Source: the human T2T-CHM13v2.0 reference genome, Homo sapiens
Length of the DNA stretch: 64,000 nucleotides
NCBI GenBank assembly: GCA_009914755.4
Contig: CP086569.2
Coordinates: 19,392,001 to 19,456,000, forward strand
Reading direction: 5' to 3'
The notes below the pieces were generated by a model. It did no database searches. It saw only the letters and a program-made list of their open reading frames with translations, and was not told where the DNA came from. A program made the translations under genes and the position numbers. Positions 41,101 to 51,590 of the stretch are shown piece by piece. Every line of letters starts with the position of its first letter. Within the stretch, counting starts at the first letter, position 1.

Positions 41101-41735
41101 GTATACTGCTGGTGGGAATGTAAATTAGTTCAATCATTTTGGAAGACAGTGTGGTGATTCCTCCAGGATCTATAACCAGAAATACCATTTGACCCAGGAA
41201 TCACATTATGTGGTATACACCCAGAGGATTATAAATCATTCTGCTATAAGGAAACATGCACATGTATGTTTATTACAGCACTACTCACAGACAAGAAAGA
41301 CATGGAACAAACCCAAAAGCCCATCAATGATAGACTGGATAAAGAAAATGTGGCACATATACACCATGGAATACTATGCAGCCACTAAAAAGAGTAAGTT
41401 CATGTCCTTTTTCAGGGACATGAATGATGCTGGAAACCATTATTCTCAGCAAGCTAACACGGGAACAGAAAAGCAAACACTACCTGTTCTCATTCATAAG
41501 TGGGAACTGAACAATGGGAACACAGGGAGGGAAATATCACACAATGGGGCCTGTCGGGGAGTAGGGGGCAAGTGGAAGGAGATCATTAGGACAGATACCT
41601 AATGCATTCAGGACTTAAAACTTAGATGATGGGTTGATGGGTGCAGCAAACCACCATGGCACATGTACAACTATGTAACAAATCTGCATGTTCTGCACAT
41701 GTATCCTAGAACTTAAATTATAATTAATAAAAAAA
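35200..41735 (+). mobile_element. Near full-length L1 (L1PA/L1PB-class) with 5'UTR, ORF1 and ORF2 remnants and 3'UTR. Both ORFs are disrupted by stops and frameshifts.
   Basis: The 5'UTR-like start ggcaagatggttgaaaaagaaaag...ggtaatttctgcatttccacctaaggtacccagttcatctcgttgggac parallels the L1 consensus gatggccgaatagg...ggtgatttctgcatttccatctgaggtaccgggttcatctcactaggga. An ORF1 remnant sits at 36606-36818 (LQELLTKITSLEENIYDLMEMK). The EN/RT region includes [20 protein letters not shown] at 39310-39552. The 3' end ...gggtgcagcaaaccaccatggcacatgtacaactatgtaacaaatctgcatgttctgcacatgtatcctagaacttaaattataattaataaaaaaa matches the canonical L1 3' terminus. Confidence 0.85.
38562..38864 (+). mobile_element. 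Alu nested inside L1 ORF2, with A-rich/(GAAA)n tail and about 15-bp target-site duplication
   Basis: acgggcatggtggctcctgcctgttatttcagcacttcgggaagttgagccaggcag...gtagccgggcaaaatggtgcacaactttaatcccagatactcaggagggtgaag...aaaaaaatgaaagaaagaaagaaagaaagg. The L1 sequence gaaaagaactagaga is duplicated at 38545-38559 and about 38862-38876. Confidence 0.85.
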
Positions 41736-42415
41736 GTCGGGATAAATAACAAATCAAATAGTATCCATGAATTTATGATGACTCCCTATTTGGTTTTTAC
41801 TAAATACTTTTTCTGTGTTTTGTGTCTCCAAGAAAGCAAAATAACAATGCATTGTACCAAACATTTTAAAAGAACTTACTAAAAAGCAATTCGAGTCAAT
41901 CAATTCTTTTATCTCTTAATGAAAACAAGTGTGGGTTAAAAACCAGCTCTCCTAATGCTTGTCAGTGCCTCAAGGTGCTTAGGATAAAAATAAAACTTCC
42001 AAACTAAGGACACTTGGCAGCCTCCAGAACTTTAAGAAAAGCTGAGATATAAAGTATCCAGCCTCTGGCTCTTTCTGGGACAGCATGTCCAGTACCTTGG
42101 GGGCCCCTGGGCCCTGAAGGAAGGGCGGAGGTCGGGTAGGTGAGGGTGGTCTTTGGAGCCACTGCGGCTACTCATGGGACAGGTTGGAGTCTCAGCCTTC
42201 AGCAGAAGCAGCAGGCTTTCAGCCAGCAGTGTTTGGGGTGCCTGCCTGTTTTCCATCTCTATGTGATGTATCTGCTCAGGTTTTTACCCTGGACTTGGGT
42301 TGCTTATCTTTGTCAGTTTTAGAGTTTCTGTGAACTTTGTGCATACAAGTCACTTTTCAGGTGAGTTTGCTACATTTTTCTATCTGTGGCTGGTTTTTTG
42401 GTTCTCTTAACCAGA

Positions 42416-42720
42416 TTTTTTTTTTTTTTTTTTTTTTTGAGGCAGAGTTTCATTCTGTCGCCAAGGCTGGAGTGCAATGACCCAATCTAGGCTCACTGCA
42501 ACACCTATCTCCCAAGTTCAAGGGATTCTCCTGGCTCAGACTCCTGAGCAGCTGGGATTATAAGTGCATGCCAGAAATTCCAGTTAATTTTTTGTATTTT
42601 TAGTAGAGATGGGTTTTCACCATGTTTACCATGCTGATCTGGATCTCCTGACCTCAGGTGACCCAGCCGCTTCGACTTCCAAAAGTGCTGAGATTACAGG
42701 CTTGAACTGCCATGCCCAAC
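42416..42720 (-). mobile_element. Alu, antisense, with long poly-T
   Basis: tttttttttttttttttttttgaggcagagtttcattctgtcgccaaggctggagtgcaatgacccaatctaggctcactgcaacacc...cttccaaaagtgctgagattacaggcttgaactgccatgcccaac. Confidence 0.9.
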
Positions 42721-42779
42721 TGTAGAAGGGTATTTCACAGAGTAGACATTTCAGCTTTCAATAAAGCCACTATTATCCT

Positions 42780-43850
42780 TTTTTTTTTTTCATGGACTTG
42801 CTAATAACTCATTACCAAACCCAAACCCATGAGGACATTTTCCAATTACAACTTTGCATTGAAAAATTTTAATGTATGGCTATTTTTGACTATTTTTTTT
42901 AGCTATGAAATTTGTATATATGTCCATTTGTTTCCATATAGTTTCCAGCTGTTTTCTTGCCCCTTGTGGAATAGACTTACCGTTTCCAAATTTTTTACAT
43001 TTTTTTGACATGTTTGTCACAATTTTGACAAATTTTTTTTACATTTTTGACAAAATCAGTTGACTTGGGCCTGTGTGGGGGCTGTCTATTCTGTCCACTT
43101 AACTACTTGTCTGTTAAATCATCAATGCCACACTCTTGTTTGCTAAGCTAGCTTTAGTGTAAGTATTCATATCCATATGTGTAAGTCCTTTAGCTTTTTT
43201 CTTCTTCAGTCTTATTTCATCTATTCTAGGTTTAGGAAGAGATTGTTGATATATTTGCCTGGAATTTGATTGGGATATGACTGAAATATTAATACATGTG
43301 TACTTCTCCAGAACAAGACACATCTCTTCCTTTATTTATTTATTGAGAAAGAGTCTTGCCGTGTCACCAAGATTGGAGTGTAGTGGCACGATCTCCGCTC
43401 ACTGAGATTCTCCCACTTCAGCACCACAAGTAGCTGAGATCACAGGCATGCACCACCAAGCTCAGCTTAATTTTTGTATTTTTGGTAGAGATGGGGTTTC
43501 ACCATGTTCCTCAGGCTGGTCTCTAACTCGTGGACTCAAGTGATCTGCCCACTGTAACCTCCCAAACTGGTGAGATTATAGGCATGTTCCACTGTGCCTG
43601 GCCTGTATGCATTTACTAATATTTCTTTTGATTTCTCTCAGTTGTGACTGATTGTTTTCTGAATGAACTTTGCCTATTTTGTTACATTTATACTTAATGG
43701 ATTCAATTTTGTAGGAAGTATTGTAAATGGTGGTTAAGTATTTCAAATTCCAATGATTTCTATTCATTATTGCTGATATAGAGAAAATCAACTGAGTTTT
43801 GTCTATTGACGATCTTCTTTGCTTCTTTTTATATCCATTCAAGGTATGGG
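42780..43850 (-). mobile_element. Old L1 3'-region fragment, antisense, split by an Alu
   Basis: gatatatttgcctggaatttgattgggatatgactgaaatattaatacatgtgtacttctccagaacaagacacatctcttcc parallels the L1 antisense ...gattgggattgcattgaatctatagat...gacatcttaacaatattgagtcttccaatccatgaacatgg. Similar L1-like antisense text resumes after the Alu (tgtatgcatttactaatatttcttttgatttctctcagttgtgactgattgttttctgaatg). Confidence 0.5.
43332..43603 (-). mobile_element. Alu, antisense
   Basis: tttatttatttattgagaaagagtcttgccgtgtcaccaagattggagtgtagtggcacgatctccgctcactg...cccaaactggtgagattataggcatgttccactgtgcctggcc. Confidence 0.85.
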
Positions 43851-43859
43851 AAGGTTGGC

Positions 43860-44560
43860 TCTATTTCACTTCCACTTCCTGAGATGACCGCCTGGATTAA
43901 CCCACCCTGAATTTCAAAGATTTCCCAGGGCTACTACCGGGGGAGGGGGCATGGGGCAGATGCACTGAGCTTGCAAACCAACTCTCTGAGGGGCAGGGTG
44001 TTCTCACAGTGACTTGGACAGAGATTCCTTCTCCTCAGGACACACCCAGAAGAGGCCGTTGTTTTAGGGTACCTGGGGAACCTATGGCCACGTTCATGGT
44101 GCAGACTAATGCTACTTCATTTCAGGACCCACCCAACAGTGGCCTCAGCTTGGGGACATCTGGAGTCGCATCCACCATGAGGACGAAGCCTCCTTCTCTT
44201 CTGGACCTGCCCAGGAGTGGCCGTTGCTACAAGACCTCTGTTGCTACGTCCAGGGTGAGAATAAAGACTTCTCCTCAGGACTCTCCCAGGAGAAGACATG
44301 GCATTGAGACATCTGGTGGCCAGGTGAGGAAAAGACACCCTGTCTGCAGCACCCAATACTGATGAGGGGCACTGTCCTGGGCCTTACTTCCCAGTCCTGG
44401 CCTCCACTTCTGACTTTACAAAAGTGTCCCTTGAGTGAGGCAGTGACCACGCATTTTAACGGCTACCAAAGTGTGGTTTGCAGATGATCTGGACTTGTTT
44501 CTGGGGGTAGAGTCTGTTACAGAGAAAGGAGAGGTGCTGAGTGGAGCCACCGTGACAGGC
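43860..44560. repeat. GC-richer unclassified element containing about 3 degenerate tandem units of about 110 bp
   Basis: Related blocks recur: ttctcctcaggacacacccagaagaggccgttg (about 44027), ctccttctcttctggacctgcccaggagtggccgttgctac (about 44191) and cttctcctcaggactctcccaggagaagacatggcattg (about 44268). gggacatctggagtcgcatccaccatgaggacgaagcc also resembles gagacatctggtggccaggtgaggaaaagacaccc. The family is not recognised. Confidence 0.3.
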
Positions 44561-45851
44561 TCTATCAATACTTTTTTTCGTGCTTTAATGACTCATTTTT
44601 CTTAGAGAACTAAAGTATATAGTTGAAACAATATAGAAAAATTTTAAGTAGGCATATTAGAACTCGAATTATTATTTAAATTTAAATATATGATGTATGC
44701 CTGGTTAGCAACATTTTTTCTTTTCCTGAGACAGTCATAGTTTAACTGAGAATGCATTGGTAGTGATAATGAAAATGTCTGTTTTATAAGGATTGACATC
44801 CTACATTAGCTGAGATATACTAACAATATCAAACTTTGATATTATACCATAAAATTAATTGAATTCTGAGCCAAATATGAGTGACAAATGGTCCATGACA
44901 CAGCCCTACTCTGGAGATCCTGAGAACATGTGCTCCAGGTTGTGTATTCACAGCCTACATTTATGCATTTTAGGGAGACATGAGACATCAATCAAACGCA
45001 TGAAGATGTACATTGGTTTGGTCCAGAAAGGACGCACAACTTGAAAATAGCCATGGTGCAGGTCTGGGCTTTCAAGTTACAGGTAGATTTACATATATTT
45101 TACTTGGCAGTTGGCTGAAAGAGTTAAGTTATTATCTAAAAACATGGAATCAGTAGATGGGAATGACTGGGTTACAATAAATAATAAAGGCTGTAGAGAC
45201 CAAGTTTTATCATGATGATGAATCCTCCATGTAGCATGCTTGAGAGAATAAGAGGTAAATATTTCTTATTAGACTTAAGGTATAGGTCGCTGTTAATGAT
45301 GGTCAACTTTTTCTAAAGTTCAAAAGGGAGGAGCGTGTAATGAAGCATGTCGGTCCCTCTTTCCTGTCAGGACCTGAACCAATTTAGGAATGCCCCTGGT
45401 CAAAAGGAGGGCTCTATTCTGATGCCTGTGGTGGGGGCGGGGGAGGAGGGGCAGAAGAGTTATTTTTTTTTTTTACAAGTGTTTCACTTCTGTTTACAAA
45501 AGTATAACCTTCTAAATTGTTATAAATTATAATTAGTCTAAGACCTAAAAGGGATTTCTTTCATCAAAAAAAAAAAAAAAAAAATAGAACATTAAAAAAC
45601 CTAAGCCACGACACCTTGCCAGATTATTTTTTTCTTTCTGTTTCTACAGTTGCCAAGGATGCTTTGCTTATAAGTCATATAGTTGACTCATTGACCATCT
45701 GGGTATAGTTCTGTTGCTTCTTCCAAAATTGTACCTAGTAACCTTCAAAAATTGTTATGAAAAAGTGTCTTAAATTGTAGAAATAAACAAAATGAAAAGA
45801 CACTTTTAAACAATGCTGGGATTTATCAAATGACAGAAGAAATTTCTACTG

Positions 45852-46106
45852 TTTTTTTTTCTTTTTGAGACAGGGTCTCACTGTGTGGCCCAGCCTGGAG
45901 TGCAGAAGTGCCGTCATGGCTCACTGCAGCTTCTAACTGCCTAGCTCAATTAATCCTCTGTCTTAGCCTCAGTCACCATGTCTGGCTAACTTTTTGTATT
46001 TTTAGCAGAGACAAAGGTTTGCCATGTTGCCTGGGCATGTCTCAAACACCTGGAATCACAAGATTTGCCTGCATTGGCCTCCAAAAGTGCTGAGATTATA
46101 GGCATT
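45852..46106 (-). mobile_element. Alu, antisense, truncated
   Basis: tttttttttctttttgagacagggtctcactgtgtggcccagcctggagtgcagaagtgccgtcatggctcactgcagcttctaactgcc...ctggctaactttttgtatttttagcagagacaaag...gcctccaaaagtgctgagattataggcattg. Confidence 0.8.
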
Positions 46107-46196
46107 GATAAGACATTTATGTTAGGGTTAGATAAAAATCAATATTTTGGCTAAGTTATGAAGATGCATATAATGCAATTATTAATTTATGCCTAA

Positions 46197-46528
<332 letters not shown>

Positions 46529-47547
46529 TAAAATCATACTCAAGGCATAAGGCAAAACCACTTATGAACTGGCATATTTGTTTATTTCTCTGTGAAAATG
46601 TCCTTAGTTTGTTCACAGTACAAAAAAAATTCAATTATGTTATGCAAAAAACAGAAGAGAATCTTCTTTGCAATTAATTTTATAGTTACCTTGATACAGG
46701 GAATGTACTATCTATAAAAAATAAATGTTAACTGAACTACAGTTAGTTAAACACTGAAAAAAATTAAGTTTATTATATTTTATTTTATCCTATCAATTAA
46801 TTGTATTTATATACAATCTAGAAAGTTACAGCCATCAACAGTTCTAATGCAGTTTCAGGTGAAATGGGAATTTGGAAATCTCTGTGGAGCTTTAGGTGTA
46901 GTGAAATATTTAGGTAAAATATGTGCATGCTTTTGGCAGCACTTGTGAAGGGATGTCTCTCAAATTGACCTCAATACTTTCCTTCTCAGCAAAATGACCT
47001 GGGCCACTCAACATGGCTTTCATTGTTGTTGATGTTCGTGCATGTTCGCCTTTTACCATAAATTTTTGACTCTGAAGATATCCATTTGACATCGTGGCTT
47101 TAGGGCTTTCAAAACCACTGTAGGTTTTCTACTCTTCATCCACCACGTACTTACATAATTCTACTTTGATTCCCCAGGAACTTGACTACTTTCTGGTTAG
47201 CCCTATGGCCAGTGCAGCCCAGCTCCCAGTGTAGCAGCACTGACTCGACTCCAGGGCTATCCCCCACACCCAGCTTGTGGCTCCTATGGGTTCCAGGGAA
47301 GTTGGAAGACAGGCTGCTTGTTGTTTTCACAAATAAAATTGTTGTATTAATTTCATTTTCATATGGTTTATTACTAGTGTACAGAAGTAGATTTTATTAT
47401 ATTGATATTTTATAATGTATGTTTGTTTAGTTTGTTTACCAGATGTCATGATTTCTTGTTGGTTTCTTATGATTTCTTTATAGGAGATCATAAGACCCAA
47501 GGGTAGATAGTTTTACTTTTTTTATTTTTATTTTTCCACATATGAAT

Positions 47548-47790
47548 GGCCAAAACAATTGGAAATATATACATATTTTGCTAGAATATCCATCCAAAAC
47601 AATTGGAAAAATATATATTCACATATATATTTATATATAAATATCTATATGTAAAAATATATATAATAATATATGTGCATATAAATATTTGTATATGTAT
47701 ATATGTGTATATATAAATATTTATATGCACATATACTACATATATCATATATATATATATATTTCCAATTGTTTTGGATGGAAATTCTAG
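47548..47790. repeat. AT-rich palindromic structure: an inverted repeat of about 36 bp (34/36 matching) flanking a 145-bp (TA)-rich spacer, plus an extra direct copy of the arm core upstream
   Basis: Left arm 47581-47616 is ctagaatatccatccaaaacaattggaaaaatatat. The reverse complement of 47755-47790 is ctagaatttccatccaaaacaattggaaatatatat. The 20-bp core ccatccaaaacaattggaaa matches perfectly. A third direct copy, ccaaaacaattggaaatatatacatattttg, lies at 47550-47580. The spacer is (TA)n / tatatgtgtatatata-like. Confidence 0.75.
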
Positions 47791-48079
47791 TACAGTGTAG
47801 AATACAGTGATGAAATTTAGCATCAATGCTTTGTTCCTCATCTTAAACTTTGATTCCCAACAATTCAGATGCTGATTGTTACAGGTTTTGCACAAAGACG
47901 TGTTATGTGAAAGAAATTTGAAGCACAGTTTATTGGATGTTGTTATCATTAAACACGTTGACTAACTTTAAGTATTTTCCATAACAGTTGAGATAAACAT
48001 GTACTGTTTTCCCATGATTTAGTTTACATGGTATATTGAAAAGGGATGGCTTCAGAATGTTGAAAAACCCTCAATTTTC

Positions 48080-48110
48080 AAAACAAACAAACAAACAAAC
48101 AAACAAACAG
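48080..48110. repeat. (CAAA)n microsatellite
   Basis: aaacaaacaaacaaacaaacaaacaaacag. Confidence 0.9.
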
Positions 48111-48281
48111 AAAAATCTTAATCATTGAGGTGCATAATGTCTTCCCCATGTAGCAAATTTCAGGTACTAGTTTTTGGTTAAACATTATAATGACTTTAAT
48201 TGTCATATTTCTTAACATTTAGTGTTTTGTCCTAGTGATATCATCTGTTTAATTCAATTTTCAATTGGAATTAATGAGAGG

Positions 48282-51140
48282 TAAGGTTTAGTGTACTCTT
48301 AAGGGCATTAGGGGTTAGAGGATAGAGTCAAAGGTTATATATTTAAAATTATTTTGAAGGGTGATATGGTAATACTAAGGATGGGAGAGAAGTTTGGGAT
48401 TAGGAATAGGGGTTTACAATTGCAGAAAAAAGGTTAGATTGAGGGTTAGGTCTGGGGTTGACTTAAAGGTTCGTGTGGTGGTAGGATTAGGGTTATGGTT
48501 AGGATTAGAATTTGGGACCGTTGTCGAGGTTAAGGTAACGTTTAGGGCTAGAGTTAGAATCAGGATTAGAAGTTAGGTTTGGGTCAGGTTATGCTTAGGC
48601 TTAGGGTAAGAGATAGGCTTACAGTTAGATGTTGGGGTTAGTGGAGGGTTAGGTTCTGGGTTAACTCCATGGTGAGGGTTATGGTTAGTGCTAAGGGTGA
48701 GAACTAAGGCGACAGTAAGGGTTAGGGTAAGAGGGTTAGTGTATTAGCGTTAGGGTTTGGTTTACTGTTGGTGTTAGGATAAGAATAAGGATTTGGTTTA
48801 GGGTTTAGAGTTCAGGTCCTGGTTAGGGTTTCAGGTTAGCATTAGGGTTAGTGTTTAGGGTTCAGTGTTAGTTTTAGGGTTATTGTTTAGCACTTAGGTT
48901 TAGGTTTAGGGTTGGTTGAGGGTTAGGATAAGGGGTTAGGGTTTGGCATAGTGTTAGAGTTTAGAACTCTAGGATAAGGGGTTAGGGTTAGGTTTAGGGT
49001 TGGGTTAGGTTAAGGGTTAGAGCTTAAGGTTAATGTTGGGACTGGATTTATTGTATAGGATCATAGTTTGGATTTAGATTTTAGTGTTAAAGCTAGGGTC
49101 AGATTACTGTTTGGGTTACGTGTTTGGGTTAGGGTTTATGATTAGGCTAAAATCAATGTTTAGTATTAGGTTTAATATCAGGGTTTAGGGTATGGCTAGG
49201 GTTAGTGTTCTAGGTTATTTGGGTTAGGATTAGTGTTAGGGCTTTTGGGAGTTAAGGTTAGTGTTAGGGGTTACATTTAGGTCTAGGATTAGGTTTACAT
49301 TTTAGTGTTTGTGTTATGGTTATGATTAGTTGTGAAAATAGGGGTGGGTGTAATATTTTGGGTTAACTTTAGGTTTAGGATTAGGTTTACATCTTAGTGT
49401 TTGTGTTATGGTTATGATTAGTTGTGAAAATAGGGGTGGGTGTAATATTTTGGGTTAACTTTAGGTTTAGGTTTACTGGTAGAGGTTTTAGCTTAGGGTT
49501 AGTGTTAATTGTGAGGGCTAGGTTGAGGGTTTAGTGTGTATGCTTAGGTTTAATGTTAGGTTTTGTGTTAGCATTGATTCCTACTTTTAGTTTCAGGATT
49601 ATGGTGATGTTTATGTTAAGATTATGGTTAGGTTTATTTTTTAAGCTGATGGCTTTGGTTAGGGATAGTGTTAGGTTTTGGGTTGAGTTGCGGTTGGAGT
49701 ATGCATAGGGTTAGGGTTAGTGTTAGTGTTACAGGATAGGGCTATGGTTAGCGATTAGGTTTAGGGTTAATGGGTTAGGGTTATGGCATAGGTTTAATGT
49801 TAAACTTAGTGGTTAGGGTGAAGCTTAGTTTTAGGCTTTAATTAGCGTTAAGGTCAGCATCTGGGTTCAGCATTACATGTTAGAGTTTAGGTTAGGTTTT
49901 ATTGTTATGGATTAGTCTTTAGGGTTGTTGTCAGCTTTAGGATTTTGGAATTAGTGGTTGTGTTTGTTTGCAGTTGGTGGTGTGTTTGCATTTAGGGTCA
50001 AGGTCAGAATTAGAGCTTAGGGTTAGGTTTAGCATTAGGCTTGCGTTAAGGATTAGGGTTACATGTTAGTATTTAAGATTAGGGTTTTGGTTGGGTGAGT
50101 GTTAGTGTTTGGTTTCAGTGTTTAGAGTTATGGCTGGCATTGCAGATGGTTTAGGGTTACAGTTAAGGTTTTAGGTTTGGGGTTAGGAATTGGGTTTCCA
50201 TTAGGGTTATGGTTAAGGATTAGGTTTGTAGTTAGGGTTGGTGTAGCGTTGGTGTAGGTTATGTTTGGGATTATGGTTTATTACTAGGGTTTAGGTTTGT
50301 GTATCTGTGTTTGGGTTAAGTTTGGTGTTTTGGTTAGTTTTATAGTGCTAGGCTTAGAATTATAGGGCTAGTTTTTCAGTTAGGGTTTGGGTGAGGTAAT
50401 GGTAGTGGTAGGGTTATAGTTTAGCATTAGAGTTAGGGTTTTTTGTGTTAGGGTTTGAGTTTTTTTTTGTTTTGGTTAAGGTCGGCTCAGCACTACTTTT
50501 GCATCAGTGTCAGTGTCATGTTTAGGGTTATGGGTTGGAATTGGGTTTAGTGTTATGGCTTAAGGTCTGGGTTGTTTTTGGCATTGGGGTTAAAGTTAGG
50601 GTTATGGTTGGGGTTGCGTTTGATGTTGTGGGTTAGAGTTAGGGTTAGTGTTAGTGTCAGTGTTTTAAGGATAGGGTTATGGTCAATGAATTGTTAGAAT
50701 TAGGGTTAGGGGGTAGAAGTTTGGATTAGGGATATTGGTTAGATGTTGGACTTACATTTTTAAGGTTAGAGTTTTAGTTTTATGGTTACAATTAAGGTTG
50801 CTTTTAGGGTTAGTTTTGAAGGTAGCTTTTGGGGTTAGAGTTAGAGTTGGGATTAGTGTTCAGAGTTTACAGTTAGTGTTCGATTTAGGGTTTGGTTTAG
50901 TATTTAGGTTAGGGTTTTGGTGAGTGTTATGGTTTAGGGTAGATTCAGGGTTTTAGTAGGTTTAGGTTTAGTGGTAGGTGTATGTTTAGGGTTATAAGTA
51001 GGGGTAGAGTTACATTTAGGGTTAGGGATATGTTTTGTTAATGGTGCAGGTTGGGTTTATGTGAGGATTAGGATTAGGGCTTGAGGGTTATTGTTAGTGT
51101 TTCAGCATTAGTATTAGGGGTCATTTTTAGGTTTACACAT
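48282..51140 (+). repeat. About 2.86-kb array of highly degenerate telomere-like hexamers, (TTAGGG)n-derived with the G-rich strand on the plus strand, almost devoid of C
   Basis: 6-bp periodic variants run continuously through the block, e.g. gggttagggttatggttaggattagaatttggg...ggttagggtttagagttcaggtcctggttagggtttcaggttagcattagggttagtgtttagggttcag. Canonical TTAGGG units recur throughout. C appears only as rare singletons, so the composition is essentially G/T/A. Confidence 0.85.
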
Positions 51141-51315
51141 CTTTTTCTTTTTCAGCCATCTCCACCCATGGACCAACCAGCCCATTCTCTCTGCCCATGT
51201 GCATTCTGAGGTCCATATATATTCCATACTTATTTAGGTTATTTATTTAATTACATATGTATTTATTTATATTTGTATTTATTTATTTTTACTTGTATTG
51301 ATTTATTTTTATTTT

Positions 51316-51590
51316 GTTTTTTTTGGAGATGGAGTTTCGCTCTTGTTGCCGTGGCTGGAGTACTATGGTGTGACCTCGGCTCACTGCAACCTCTGCCTCC
51401 CAGGTTCAAGCGATTGTCTTGCCTCAGCTGCTGAGTAGCTGGGACTAAAGGCATGCACCATCACATCTGTCTAATTTTGTATATTTATTAGAGACAGGGT
51501 TTCTCCATGTTGGTCAGGCTGGTCTCGAACTTTCAACCTCAACCTGACTTAACGTAGATTTACCAAGTGTGTGCCACCTCTCCGCTGTGA
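51316..51590 (-). mobile_element. Alu, antisense, diverged left arm
   Basis: ttttttttggagatggagtttcgctcttgttgccgtggctggagtactatggtgtgacctcggctcactgcaacctctgcctcccaggttcaagcgattgtcttgcctcagctgctgagtagctgggactaaaggcatgcaccatcacatctgtctaattttgtatatttattagagacagggtttctccatgttggtcaggctggtctcgaac. Confidence 0.8.

Noticed and set aside
36606-41602. ORFs of 70-137 aa with good-looking protein sequence (for example MTQESHYVVYTQRIINHSAIRKH..., [11 protein letters not shown]...)
   Set aside because: They are fragments of L1 ORF1 and ORF2 within the pseudogenised full-length L1. They are not host genes.
44009-44362. Overlapping 117-aa (+) and 79-aa (-) ORFs
   Set aside because: They lie in a GC-rich repetitive block. 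The frames are open on both strands, which is characteristic of compositional artefact. No Met context or known domain is apparent. I kept the block only as an unclassified-element finding.
48394-50923. 60-62-aa ORFs (GLGIGVYN..., VRVRVGISV...) inside the telomere-like block
   Set aside because: They are artefacts of a G/T/A-only strand, which has few stop-forming contexts. The peptides are repetitive and low-complexity.
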